Origin: Nemertoderma westbladi
Lineage: Eukaryota; Animalia; Xenacoelomorpha
NCBI GenBank assembly: GCA_032718475.1
Contig: JAUCBJ010008193.1
Span: 1 to 55,724 of the forward strand
Direction of reading: 5' to 3'
Length of the DNA stretch: 55,724 nt
Shown here: piece by piece, positions 1-13,508 of the stretch
How the letters are laid out: each line of letters begins with the position of its first letter
Position numbering within the stretch: the stretch's first letter is position 1
Notes under the pieces: generated by a model
Database searches by the model: none
What the model saw: the letters and a program-made list of their open reading frames with translations, nothing else
Told to the model about the DNA's origin: nothing
Made by a program: the position numbers and the translations under genes

Positions 1-3000
1 TAAATCGTATTTGTACATCTGACTGACCTTTATTAACAGTTTAAATCGTATTTGTACATCTGACTGACCTTTATTAACAGTTTAAATCGTATTTGTACAT
101 CTGACTGACCTTTATTAACAGTTTAAATCGTATTTGTACATCTGACTGACCTTTATTAACAGTTTAAATCGTATTTGTACATCTGACTGACCTTTATTAA
201 CAGTTTAAATCGTATTTGTACATCTGACTGACCTTTATTAACAGTTTAAATCGTATTTGTACATCTGACTGACCTTTATTAACAGTTTAAATCGTATTTG
301 TACATCTGACTGACCTTTATTAACAGTTTAAATCGTATTTGTACATCTGACTGACCTTTATTAACAGTTTAAATCGTATTTGTACATCTGACTGACCTTT
401 ATTAACAGTTTAAATCGTATTTGTACATCTGACTGCCCTTTATTAACAGTTTAAATCGTATTTGTACATCTGACTGACCTTTATTAACAGTTTAAATCGT
501 ATTTGTACATCTGACTGACCTTTATTAACAGTTTAAATCGTATTTGTACATCTGACTGACCTTTATTAACAGTTTAAATCGTATTTGTACATCTGACTGA
601 CCTTTATTAACAGTTTAAATCGTATTTGTACATCTGACTGACCTTTATTAACAGTTTAAATCGTATTTGTACATCTGACTGACCTTTATTAACAGTTTAA
701 ATCGTATTTGTACATCTGACTGACCTTTATTAACAGTTTAAATCGTATTTGTACATCTGACTGACCTTTATTAACAGTTTAAATCGTATTTGTACATCTG
801 ACTGACCTTTATTAACAGTTTAAATCGTATTTGTACATCTGACTGACCTTTATTAACAGTTTAAATCGTATTTGTACATCTGACTGACCTTTATTAACAG
901 TTTAAATCGTATTTGTACATCTGACTGACCTTTATTAACAGTTTAAATCGTATTTGTACATCTGACTGACCTTTATTAACAGTTTAAATCGTATTTGTAC
1001 ATCTGACTGACCTTTATTAACAGTTTAAATCGTATTTGTACATCTGACTGACCTTTATTAACAGTTTAAATCGTATTTGTACATCTGACTGACCTTTATT
1101 AACAGTTTAAATCGTATTTGTACATCTGACTGACCTTTATTAACAGTTTAAATCGTATTTGTACATCTGACTGACCTTTATTAACAGTTTAAATCGTATT
1201 TGTACATCTGACTGACCTTTATTAACAGTTTAAATCGTATTTGTACATCTGACTGACCTTTATTAACAGTTTAAATCGTATTTGTACATCTGACTGACCT
1301 TTATTAACAGTTTAAATCGTATTTGTACATCTGACTGACCTTTATTAACAGTTTAAATCGTATTTGTACATCTGACTGACCTTTATTAACAGTTTAAATC
1401 GTATTTGTACATCTGACTGACCTTTATTAACAGTTTAAATCGTATTTGTACATCTGACTGACCTTTATTAACAGTTTAAATCGTATTTGTACATCTGACT
1501 GACCTTTATTAACAGTTTAAATCGTATTTGTACATCTGACTGACCTTTATTAACAGTTTAAATCGTATTTGTACATCTGACTGACCTTTATTAACAGTTT
1601 AAATCGTATTTGTACATCTGACTGACCTTTATTAACAGTTTAAATCGTATTTGTACATCTGACTGACCTTTATTAACAGTTTAAATCGTATTTGTACATC
1701 TGACTGACCTTTATTAACAGTTTAAATCGTATTTGTACATCTGACTGACCTTTATTAACAGTTTAAATCGTATTTGTACATCTGACTGACCTTTATTAAC
1801 AGTTTAAATCGTATTTGTACATCTGACTGACCTTTATTAACAGTTTAAATCGTATTTGTACATCTGACTGACCTTTATTAACAGTTTAAATCGTATTTGT
1901 ACATCTGACTGACCTTTATTAACAGTTTAAATCGTATTTGTACATCTGACTGACCTTTATTAACAGTTTAAATCGTATTTGTACATCTGACTGACCTTTA
2001 TTAACAGTTTAAATCGTATTTGTACATCTGACTGACCTTTATTAACAGTTTAAATCGTATTTGTACATCTGACTGACCTTTATTAACAGTTTAAATCGTA
2101 TTTGTACATCTGACTGACCTTTATTAACAGTTTAAATCGTATTTGTACATCTGACTGACCTTTATTAACAGTTTAAATCGTATTTGTACATCTGACTGAC
2201 CTTTATTAACAGTTTAAATCGTATTTGTACATCTGACTGACCTTTATTAACAGTTTAAATCGTATTTGTACATCTGACTGACCTTTATTAACAGTTTAAA
2301 TCGTATTTGTACATCTGACTGACCTTTATTAACAGTTTAAATCGTATTTGTACATCTGACTGACCTTTATTAACAGTTTAAATCGTATTTGTACATCTGA
2401 CTGACCTTTATTAACAGTTTAAATCGTATTTGTACATCTGACTGACCTTTATTAACAGTTTAAATCGTATTTGTACATCTGACTGACCTTTATTAACAGT
2501 TTAAATCGTATTTGTACATCTGACTGACCTTTATTAACAGTTTAAATCGTATTTGTACATCTGACTGACCTTTATTAACAGTTTAAATCGTATTTGTACA
2601 TCTGACTGACCTTTATTAACAGTTTAAATCGTATTTGTACATCTGACTGACCTTTATTAACAGTTTAAATCGTATTTGTACATCTGACTGACCTTTATTA
2701 ACAGTTTAAATCGTATTTGTACATCTGACTGACCTTTATTAACAGTTTAAATCGTATTTGTACATCTGACTGACCTTTATTAACAGTTTAAATCGTATTT
2801 GTACATCTGACTGACCTTTATTAACAGTTTAAATCGTATTTGTACATCTGACTGACCTTTATTAACAGTTTAAATCGTATTTGTACATCTGACTGACCTT
2901 TATTAACAGTTTAAATCGTATTTGTACATCTGACTGACCTTTATTAACAGTTTAAATCGTATTTGTACATCTGACTGACCTTTATTAACAGTTTAAATCG

Positions 3001-6000
3001 TATTTGTACATCTGACTGACCTTTATTAACAGTTTAAATCGTATTTGTACATCTGACTGACCTTTATTAACAGTTTAAATCGTATTTGTACATCTGACTG
3101 ACCTTTATTAACAGTTTAAATCGTATTTGTACATCTGACTGACCTTTATTAACAGTTTAAATCGTATTTGTACATCTGACTGACCTTTATTAACAGTTTA
3201 AATCGTATTTGTACATCTGACTGACCTTTATTAACAGTTTAAATCGTATTTGTACATCTGACTGACCTTTATTAACAGTTTAAATCGTATTTGTACATCT
3301 GACTGACCTTTATTAACAGTTTAAATCGTATTTGTACATCTGACTGACCTTTATTAACAGTTTAAATCGTATTTGTACATCTGACTGACCTTTATTAACA
3401 GTTTAAATCGTATTTGTACATCTGACTGACCTTTATTAACAGTTTAAATCGTATTTGTACATCTGACTGACCTTTATTAACAGTTTAAATCGTATTTGTA
3501 CATCTGACTGACCTTTATTAACAGTTTAAATCGTATTTGTACATCTGACTGACCTTTATTAACAGTTTAAATCGTATTTGTACATCTGACTGACCTTTAT
3601 TAACAGTTTAAATCGTATTTGTACATCTGACTGACCTTTATTAACAGTTTAAATCGTATTTGTACATCTGACTGACCTTTATTAACAGTTTAAATCGTAT
3701 TTGTACATCTGACTGACCTTTATTAACAGTTTAAATCGTATTTGTACATCTGACTGACCTTTATTAACAGTTTAAATCGTATTTGTACATCTGACTGACC
3801 TTTATTAACAGTTTAAATCGTATTTGTACATCTGACTGACCTTTATTAACAGTTTAAATCGTATTTGTACATCTGACTGACCTTTATTAACAGTTTAAAT
3901 CGTATTTGTACATCTGACTGACCTTTATTAACAGTTTAAATCGTATTTGTACATCTGACTGACCTTTATTAACAGTTTAAATCGTATTTGTACATCTGAC
4001 TGACCTTTATTAACAGTTTAAATCGTATTTGTACATCTGACTGACCTTTATTAACAGTTTAAATCGTATTTGTACATCTGACTGACCTTTATTAACAGTT
4101 TAAATCGTATTTGTACATCTGACTGACCTTTATTAACAGTTTAAATCGTATTTGTACATCTGACTGACCTTTATTAACAGTTTAAATCGTATTTGTACAT
4201 CTGACTGACCTTTATTAACAGTTTAAATCGTATTTGTACATCTGACTGACCTTTATTAACAGTTTAAATCGTATTTGTACATCTGACTGACCTTTATTAA
4301 CAGTTTAAATCGTATTTGTACATCTGACTGACCTTTATTAACAGTTTAAATCGTATTTGTACATCTGACTGACCTTTATTAACAGTTTAAATCGTATTTG
4401 TACATCTGACTGACCTTTATTAACAGTTTAAATCGTATTTGTACATCTGACTGACCTTTATTAACAGTTTAAATCGTATTTGTACATCTGACTGACCTTT
4501 ATTAACAGTTTAAATCGTATTTGTACATCTGACTGACCTTTATTAACAGTTTAAATCGTATTTGTACATCTGACTGACCTTTATTAACAGTTTAAATCGT
4601 ATTTGTACATCTGACTGACCTTTATTAACAGTTTAAATCGTATTTGTACATCTGACTGACCTTTATTAACAGTTTAAATCGTATTTGTACATCTGACTGA
4701 CCTTTATTAACAGTTTAAATCGTATTTGTACATCTGACTGACCTTTATTAACAGTTTAAATCGTATTTGTACATCTGACTGACCTTTATTAACAGTTTAA
4801 ATCGTATTTGTACATCTGACTGACCTTTATTAACAGTTTAAATCGTATTTGTACATCTGACTGACCTTTATTAACAGTTTAAATCGTATTTGTACATCTG
4901 ACTGACCTTTATTAACAGTTTAAATCGTATTTGTACATCTGACTGACCTTTATTAACAGTTTAAATCGTATTTGTACATCTGACTGACCTTTATTAACAG
5001 TTTAAATCGTATTTGTACATCTGACTGACCTTTATTAACAGTTTAAATCGTATTTGTACATCTGACTGACCTTTATTAACAGTTTAAATCGTATTTGTAC
5101 ATCTGACTGACCTTTATTAACAGTTTAAATCGTATTTGTACATCTGACTGACCTTTATTAACAGTTTAAATCGTATTTGTACATCTGACTGACCTTTATT
5201 AACAGTTTAAATCGTATTTGTACATCTGACTGACCTTTATTAACAGTTTAAATCGTATTTGTACATCTGACTGACCTTTATTAACAGTTTAAATCGTATT
5301 TGTACATCTGACTGACCTTTATTAACAGTTTAAATCGTATTTGTACATCTGACTGACCTTTATTAACAGTTTAAATCGTATTTGTACATCTGACTGACCT
5401 TTATTAACAGTTTAAATCGTATTTGTACATCTGACTGACCTTTATTAACAGTTTAAATCGTATTTGTACATCTGACTGACCTTTATTAACAGTTTAAATC
5501 GTATTTGTACATCTGACTGACCTTTATTAACAGTTTAAATCGTATTTGTACATCTGACTGACCTTTATTAACAGTTTAAATCGTATTTGTACATCTGACT
5601 GACCTTTATTAACAGTTTAAATCGTATTTGTACATCTGACTGACCTTTATTAACAGTTTAAATCGTATTTGTACATCTGACTGACCTTTATTAACAGTTT
5701 AAATCGTATTTGTACATCTGACTGACCTTTATTAACAGTTTAAATCGTATTTGTACATCTGACTGACCTTTATTAACAGTTTAAATCGTATTTGTACATC
5801 TGACTGACCTTTATTAACAGTTTAAATCGTATTTGTACATCTGACTGACCTTTATTAACAGTTTAAATCGTATTTGTACATCTGACTGACCTTTATTAAC
5901 AGTTTAAATCGTATTTGTACATCTGACTGACCTTTATTAACAGTTTAAATCGTATTTGTACATCTGACTGACCTTTATTAACAGTTTAAATCGTATTTGT

Positions 6001-9000
6001 ACATCTGACTGACCTTTATTAACAGTTTAAATCGTATTTGTACATCTGACTGACCTTTATTAACAGTTTAAATCGTATTTGTACATCTGACTGACCTTTA
6101 TTAACAGTTTAAATCGTATTTGTACATCTGACTGACCTTTATTAACAGTTTAAATCGTATTTGTACATCTGACTGACCTTTATTAACAGTTTAAATCGTA
6201 TTTGTACATCTGACTGACCTTTATTAACAGTTTAAATCGTATTTGTACATCTGACTGACCTTTATTAACAGTTTAAATCGTATTTGTACATCTGACTGAC
6301 CTTTATTAACAGTTTAAATCGTATTTGTACATCTGACTGACCTTTATTAACAGTTTAAATCGTATTTGTACATCTGACTGACCTTTATTAACAGTTTAAA
6401 TCGTATTTGTACATCTGACTGACCTTTATTAACAGTTTAAATCGTATTTGTACATCTGACTGACCTTTATTAACAGTTTAAATCGTATTTGTACATCTGA
6501 CTGACCTTTATTAACAGTTTAAATCGTATTTGTACATCTGACTGACCTTTATTAACAGTTTAAATCGTATTTGTACATCTGACTGACCTTTATTAACAGT
6601 TTAAATCGTATTTGTACATCTGACTGACCTTTATTAACAGTTTAAATCGTATTTGTACATCTGACTGACCTTTATTAACAGTTTAAATCGTATTTGTACA
6701 TCTGACTGACCTTTATTAACAGTTTAAATCGTATTTGTACATCTGACTGACCTTTATTAACAGTTTAAATCGTATTTGTACATCTGACTGACCTTTATTA
6801 ACAGTTTAAATCGTATTTGTACATCTGACTGACCTTTATTAACAGTTTAAATCGTATTTGTACATCTGACTGACCTTTATTAACAGTTTAAATCGTATTT
6901 GTACATCTGACTGACCTTTATTAACAGTTTAAATCGTATTTGTACATCTGACTGCCCTTTATTAACAGTTTAAATCGTATTTGTACATCTGACTGACCTT
7001 TATTAACAGTTTAAATCGTATTTGTACATCTGACTGACCTTTATTAACAGTTTAAATCGTATTTGTACATCTGACTGACCTTTATTAACAGTTTAAATCG
7101 TATTTGTACATCTGACTGACCTTTATTAACAGTTTAAATCGTATTTGTACATCTGACTGACCTTTATTAACAGTTTAAATCGTATTTGTACATCTGACTG
7201 ACCTTTATTAACAGTTTAAATCGTATTTGTACATCTGACTGACCTTTATTAACAGTTTAAATCGTATTTGTACATCTGACTGACCTTTATTAACAGTTTA
7301 AATCGTATTTGTACATCTGACTGACCTTTATTAACAGTTTAAATCGTATTTGTACATCTGACTGCCCTTTATTAACAGTTTAAATCGTATTTGTACATCT
7401 GACTGACCTTTATTAACAGTTTAAATCGTATTTGTACATCTGACTGACCTTTATTAACAGTTTAAATCGTATTTGTACATCTGACTGACCTTTATTAACA
7501 GTTTAAATCGTATTTGTACATCTGACTGACCTTTATTAACAGTTTAAATCGTATTTGTACATCTGACTGACCTTTATTAACAGTTTAAATCGTATTTGTA
7601 CATCTGACTGACCTTTATTAACAGTTTAAATCGTATTTGTACATCTGACTGACCTTTATTAACAGTTTAAATCGTATTTGTACATCTGACTGACCTTTAT
7701 TAACAGTTTAAATCGTATTTGTACATCTGACTGACCTTTATTAACAGTTTAAATCGTATTTGTACATCTGACTGACCTTTATTAACAGTTTAAATCGTAT
7801 TTGTACATCTGACTGACCTTTATTAACAGTTTAAATCGTATTTGTACATCTGACTGACCTTTATTAACAGTTTAAATCGTATTTGTACATCTGACTGACC
7901 TTTATTAACAGTTTAAATCGTATTTGTACATCTGACTGACCTTTATTAACAGTTTAAATCGTATTTGTACATCTGACTGGCCTTTATTAACAGTTTAAAT
8001 CGTATTTGTACATCTGACTGACCTTTATTAACAGTTTAAATCGTATTTGTACATCTGACTGGCCTTTATTAACAGTTTAAATCGTATTTGTACATCTGAC
8101 TGACCTTTATTAACAGTTTAAATCGTATTTGTACATCTGACTGCCCTTTATTAACAGTTTAAATCGTATTTGTACATCTGACTGACCTTTATTAACAGTT
8201 TAAATCGTATTTGTACATCTGACTGACCTTTATTAACAGTTTAAATCGTATTTGTACATCTGACTGGCCTTTATTAACAGTTTAAATCGTATTTGTACAT
8301 CTGACTGACCTTTATTAACAGTTTAAATCGTATTTGTACATCTGACTGCCCTTTATTAACAGTTTAAATCGTATTTGTACATCTGACTGACCTTTATTAA
8401 CAGTTTAAATCGTATTTGTACATCTGACTGGCCTTTATTAACAGTTTAAATCGTATTTGTACATCTGACTGACCTTTATTAACAGTTTAAATCGTATTTG
8501 TACATCTGACTGACCTTTATTAACAGTTTAAATCGTATTTGTACATCTGACTGACCTTTATTAACAGTTTAAATCGTATTTGTACATCTGACTGACCTTT
8601 ATTAACAGTTTAAATCGTATTTGTACATCTGTCTGACCTTTATTAACAGTTTAAATCGTATTTGTACATCTGACTGACCTTTATTAACAGTTTAAATCGT
8701 ATTTGTACATCTGACTGGCCTTTATTAACAGTTTAAATCGTATTTGTACATCTGACTGATCTTTATTAACAGTTTAAATCGTATTTGTACATCTGACTGA
8801 CCTTTATTAACAGTTTAAATCGTATTTGTACATCTGACTGACCTTTATTAACAGTTTAAATCGTATTTGTACATCTGACTGCCTTTATTAACAGTTTAAA
8901 TCGTATTTGTACATCTGACTGACCTTTATTAACAGTTTAAATCGTATTTGTACATCTGACTGACCTTTATTAACAGTTTAAATCGTATTTGTACATCTGA

Positions 9001-11180
9001 CTGACCTTTATTAACAGTTTAAATCGTATTTGTACATCTGACTGCCTTTATTAACAGTTTAAATCGTATTTGTACATCTGACTGACCTTTATTAACAGTT
9101 TAAATCGTATTTGTACATCTGACTGACCTTTATTAACAGTTTAAATCGTATTTGTACATCTGACTGACCTTTATTAACAGTTTAAATCGTATTTGTACAT
9201 CTGACTGACCTTTATTAACAGTTTAAATCGTATTTATACATCTGACTGACCTTTATTAACAGTTTAAATCGTATTTGTACATCTGACTGACCTTTATTAA
9301 CAGTTTAAATCGTATTTGTACATCTGACTGACCTTTATTAACAGTTTAAATCGTATTTGTACATCTGACTGACCTTTATTAACAGTTTAAATCGTATTTG
9401 TACATCTGACTGACCTTTATTAACAGTTTAAATCGTATTTGTACATCTGACTGCGTTTATTAACAGTTTAAATCGTATTTGTACATCTGACTGACCTTTA
9501 TTAACAGTTTAAATCGTATTTGTACATCTGACTGACCTTTATTAACAGTTTAAATCGTATTTGTACATCTGACTGCCCTTTATTAACAGTTTAAATCGTA
9601 TTTGTACATCTGGCTGACCTTTATTAACAGTTTAAATCGTATTTGTACATCTGACTGCCTTTTATTAACAGTTTAAATCGTATTTGTACATCTGACTGCC
9701 CTTTATTAACAGTTTAAATCGTATTTGTACATCTGACTGCCCTTTATTAACAGTTTAAATCGTATTTGTACATCTGACTGACCTTTATTAACAGTTTAAA
9801 TCGTATTTGTACATCTGACTGCCCTTTATTAACAGTTTAAATCGTATTTGTACATCTGACTGCCCTTTATTAACAGTTTAAATCGTATTTGTACATCTGA
9901 CTGCCCTTTATTAACAGTTTAAATCGTATTTGTACATCTGACTGACCTTTATTAACAGTTTAAATCGTATTTGTACATCTGACTGCCCTTTATTAACAGT
10001 TTAAATCGTATTTGTACATCTGACTGCCCTTTATTAACAGTTTAAATCGTATTTGTACATCTGACTGCCCTTTATTAACAGTTTAAATCGTATTTGTACA
10101 TCTGACTGACCTTTATTAACAGTTTAAATCGTATTTGTACATCTGACTGACCTTTATTAACAGTTTAAATCGTATTTGTACATCTGACTGCCCTTTATTA
10201 ACAGTTTAAATCGTATTTATACATCTGACTGCCTTTATTAACAGTTTAAATCGTATTTGTACATCTGACTGACCTTTATTAACAGTTTAAATCGTATTTA
10301 TACATCTGACTGACCTTTATTAACAGTTTAAATCGTATTTGTACATCTGACTGCCCTTTATTAACAGTTTAAATCGTATTTATACATCTGACTGCCCTTT
10401 ATTAACAGTTTAAATCGTATTTATACATCTGACTGCCTTTATTAACAGTTTAAATCGTATTTGTACATCTGACTGCCCTTTATTAACAGTTTAAATCGTA
10501 TTTATACATCTGACTGCTTTTATTAACAGTTTAAATCGTATTTGTACATCTGACTGCCCTTTATTAACAGTTTAAATCGTATTTATACATCTGACTGACC
10601 TTTATTAACAGTTTAAATCGTATTTGTACATCTGACTGCCCTTTATTAACAGTTTAAATCGTATTTGTACATCTGACTGACCTTTATTAACAGTTTAAAT
10701 CGTATTTGTACATCTGACTCCCCTTTATTAACAGTTTAAATCGTATTTGTACATCTGACTGCCCTTTATTAACAGTTTAAATCGTATTTATACATCTGAC
10801 TGCCTTTATTAACAGTTTAAATCGTATTTGTACATCTGACTGCCCTTTATTAACAGTTTAAATCGTATTTGTACATCTGACTGACCTTTATTAACAGTTT
10901 AAATCGTATTTGTACATCTGACTGCCCTTTATTAACAGTTTAAATCGTATTTGTACATCTTACTGCCCTTTATTAACAGTTTAAATCGTATTTGTACATC
11001 TGACTGACCTTTATTAACAGTTTAAATCGTATTTGTACATCTGACTGACCTTTATTAACAGTTTAAATCGTATTTGTACATCTGACTGACCTTTATTAAC
11101 AGTTTAAATCGTATTTGTACATCTGACTGACCTTTATTAACAGTTTAAATCGTATTTGTACATCTGTCTGACCTTTATTA
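1..11180. repeat. 41-bp tandem satellite (TAAATCGTATTTGTACATCTGACTGACCTTTATTAACAGTT), ~272 copies, runs off the left edge
   Basis: Period 41 read directly; nearly invariant to ~7950, variants (GACC>GCCC/GGCC, GTAC>ATAC, 1-bp deletions) accumulate toward 11180. Confidence 0.99.
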
Positions 11181-11224
11181 AGCCCGTTTCCTCGATTGGC
11201 TCAATGTTTGAACATTACTATATA

Positions 11225-11635
11225 TCAGTTCAGTATCCCTTTCAAGTTGATCTATATATGTTGTGGCCGGTCGTCCACGACTACGCTTTCCATGAGTTGG
11301 TTGCCAGAGAAGTAGATCTGGTATGACCTCGTCTTTACTTCGCCAGCAGTGCCCACTGAATCTTAATCTGCGTTCACGGAGGGTGGTTGATACAGGTGGT
11401 ATTGTACCATAAAGCTCGGCGTTTGTCATGTGTTGTCTCCAGCTGATGTTTAGGGCAGCCCTTAGTAGTCTTGTGTAGCAACCATCAATTCGTTGTTCAA
11501 GTGATTTAGTCAGTGTCCAGGTCTCACCCCCGTATAAAAATACACTTTCCAATGTGGCTCGAAAGAACTTAGTCTTCAGGTGCCTGGAGAGATCTGATTT
11601 CCAGATGGTATCCATTTTTGATAGAGCTACCCAAG
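11225..11635 (-). mobile_element. RTE-clade LINE ORF2, C-terminal (post-RT) fragment, 3'-truncated
   Basis: ORF 11178-11615: FRATLESVFLYGGETWTL...DGCYTRLLRAALNISW...RERRLRFSGHCWR...RGRP, typical RTE post-RT motifs. Joins in frame to the 28781-29864 fragment once the BEL insertion and one TSD copy are removed (RKAKAW|VALSKMDTIWKS). Confidence 0.9.
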
Positions 11636-11832
11636 TGTTAGCTTATTCAATCCCGCTAACACCCCATAAAGTTAAGCCGATAAGCAATATTGGGAGCCAC
11701 GAGATTGGGTAATCAACCAACTCGTGCCACCCCAACAAAATGGGAAGGAAACACACAATGAGGGTCAGGGGCCAAACCCCTAACCCAGAGAGAACAGGTG
11801 GAGTGAACGGAAACACTCCAAAGGGCGCCAAC
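11636..11832 (+). repeat. BEL1 5' LTR, left part (interrupted by LINE insertion)
   Basis: Matches the start of the 3' LTR (from 28226) with one substitution (AAACCCC vs AAACACC). Confidence 0.95.
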
Positions 11833-11941
11833 TGGTGGGCCTACAGGTATGAACTGTAGATAAACACCAGTACCGGTAGCCTAAATACCCCCCTAAATCA
11901 GTATGCAGTAAGCTGACCAAAAACCAATCACAATACAGAAC

Positions 11942-12976
11942 ATGCCTCCTACGAAACAATCCGAAGGGAAAACTACCTCAAACGATCAAATCAGCGCTGC
12001 TATTAAAGACTTGTCTAACCAATTCAGGGATCTAAGCGAGGAAAACAAGAAATTTCATAAGGATATTACTCACAAACTCGATCTCATAAATGCAAGAGTC
12101 GACGAGGTTAAAGATGAAGTCTATAGCCAAAGAGAACTTCTCCTAGAAATGTTCTTGTCCGGTGATCAACAGAATCAATATTACCGTCGTAACTGTGTGC
12201 TTATACATGGTGTTAGTGAGTCCGCCAACGAGTCGCGTGATTCCTGTCTGAAATTGGTGAAGGACATCCTTACCGATCTGAATGTTAATACCGATAAAAT
12301 CGACGTTTGCCATCGCCTAGGTCAATTCCCCAAATCTTCCGCTGACGCGAGCTTATCGCGACCAATTATCGTGCGCTTTATCGGCCACAGTGCCAGATCG
12401 GAGGCTTTCCGCAACTTAAGGAACCTACCGAAAGGCGTTTATCTGTCAGATCAACTAACTCCGTATCGGATGAAGCTGCTTAAATTCGCGAAGGAGCTAA
12501 AGAAGAAAGGAGCCATCTACAGTGCTCATGTGATCAACGGCGACATTATAATCACCCATTACGAGGATGATGACGACGGTTTAACTGTTGGAACATTTGA
12601 GGATCTCAGATCCATCTTCCCGGAGGGTTCTCCACCACCCATCCCGATACCGTCGACTTACATGATTCTACAAGAGCTTCTTGGGCAAGCCAGGAAGCAA
12701 AGACCACGAATACGAGTCGGATTCAATCGCGCGAGGAGGAACACGAGGATTCCCCGGAACAACAAATCATCCAGCAACGCCAGGAGTACCAGCCGTGGAA
12801 CAGCCGCCCCTACAGGAAAAGGGAGAAAGGCTGCATCGGGAACTCCTAACTCTCACATGATTTCAACGAGGTCGAGGAGCAGCACGGTTAACCTTGAGGA
12901 GGAAGAAACCGACGGGACCTTAACCGGTAGATCGTCGGGCTCATCGTACTACAACAGTGTTTCTGAAGGAGAATGA
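11942..12976 (+). CDS. LINE ORF1 protein (coiled coil + RRM-like/CTD), 344 aa, intact
   Basis: N-terminal heptad-rich region, then RRNCVLIHGVSES, CHRLG, RPIIVRF, GVYLSDQLTP motifs characteristic of CR1/L2/L1-type ORF1p; basic low-complexity tail. Confidence 0.88.
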   Translation: MPPTKQSEGKTTSNDQISAAIKDLSNQFRDLSEENKKFHKDITHKLDLINARVDEVKDEVYSQRELLLEMFLSGDQQNQYYRRNCVLIHGVSESANESRDSCLKLVKDILTDLNVNTDKIDVCHRLGQFPKSSADASLSRPIIVRFIGHSARSEAFRNLRNLPKGVYLSDQLTPYRMKLLKFAKELKKKGAIYSAHVINGDIIITHYEDDDDGLTVGTFEDLRSIFPEGSPPPIPIPSTYMILQELLGQARKQRPRIRVGFNRARRNTRIPRNNKSSSNARSTSRGTAAPTGKGRKAASGTPNSHMISTRSRSSTVNLEEEETDGTLTGRSSGSSYYNSVSEGE

Positions 12977-13151
12977 TTGATCCTAGATCGGTCCCCGTAT
13001 ACAGTATAGGTTCAGCGACTTGCAATAATCATCCCTATACCCTAAATTAGTAAGTAATATATACTATCGCATTATACATATGAATGTAAGGGAGAAAGTT
13101 AAACAATGGTGGGAAAAGGACTACTGACTGGTACTCGAGCCTGTGTTTGGA

Positions 13152-13508
13152 ATGGAACTATCCAATGTAGGATTACGAAGTTTTATATTAGGTGTAGGTC
13201 CAAAGAAACTTTTAGAAACTTTACTTCTAAGTACCTTGTTTGCTTGTGGCCTGAATTTCCAGCCCAGCAACAGCTTATTAACTTTATATAAAATAGGGTT
13301 TTGTTATCTAAAAACACCACCATTTGAACAAAATGTTATGTACTGTATCTTAAACCTATTGACGGACATTTGCGTATTACCCTGGGCGCCTTGGTGGCTT
13401 CCTCTCCGCAGTCTTTTCATAATTGTATTGTGTGCTGCCGATTGGCACCTCCATCGACCAGTTCTCTCACGTTTTAATACTCTGAAAATTAAAATTCTTA
13501 GTTTTTGA
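13152..13508 (+). CDS. Hydrophobic ~118-aa ORF overlapping the start of the ORF2 frame (possible ORF2 N-terminus)
   Basis: ATG at 13152, Leu/Phe/Ile/Cys-rich; ends CTT AGT TTT TGA while the +1 frame (open from 13486) leads to the 2A motif and APE. Confidence 0.4.
   Translation: MELSNVGLRSFILGVGPKKLLETLLLSTLFACGLNFQPSNSLLTLYKIGFCYLKTPPFEQNVMYCILNLLTDICVLPWAPWWLPLRSLFIIVLCAADWHLHRPVLSRFNTLKIKILSF

Noticed and set aside
11643-11831. Antisense hydrophobic ORF in the LTR (also 28233-28481)
   Set aside because: Short, no recognisable motif, duplicated only because the LTR is duplicated.
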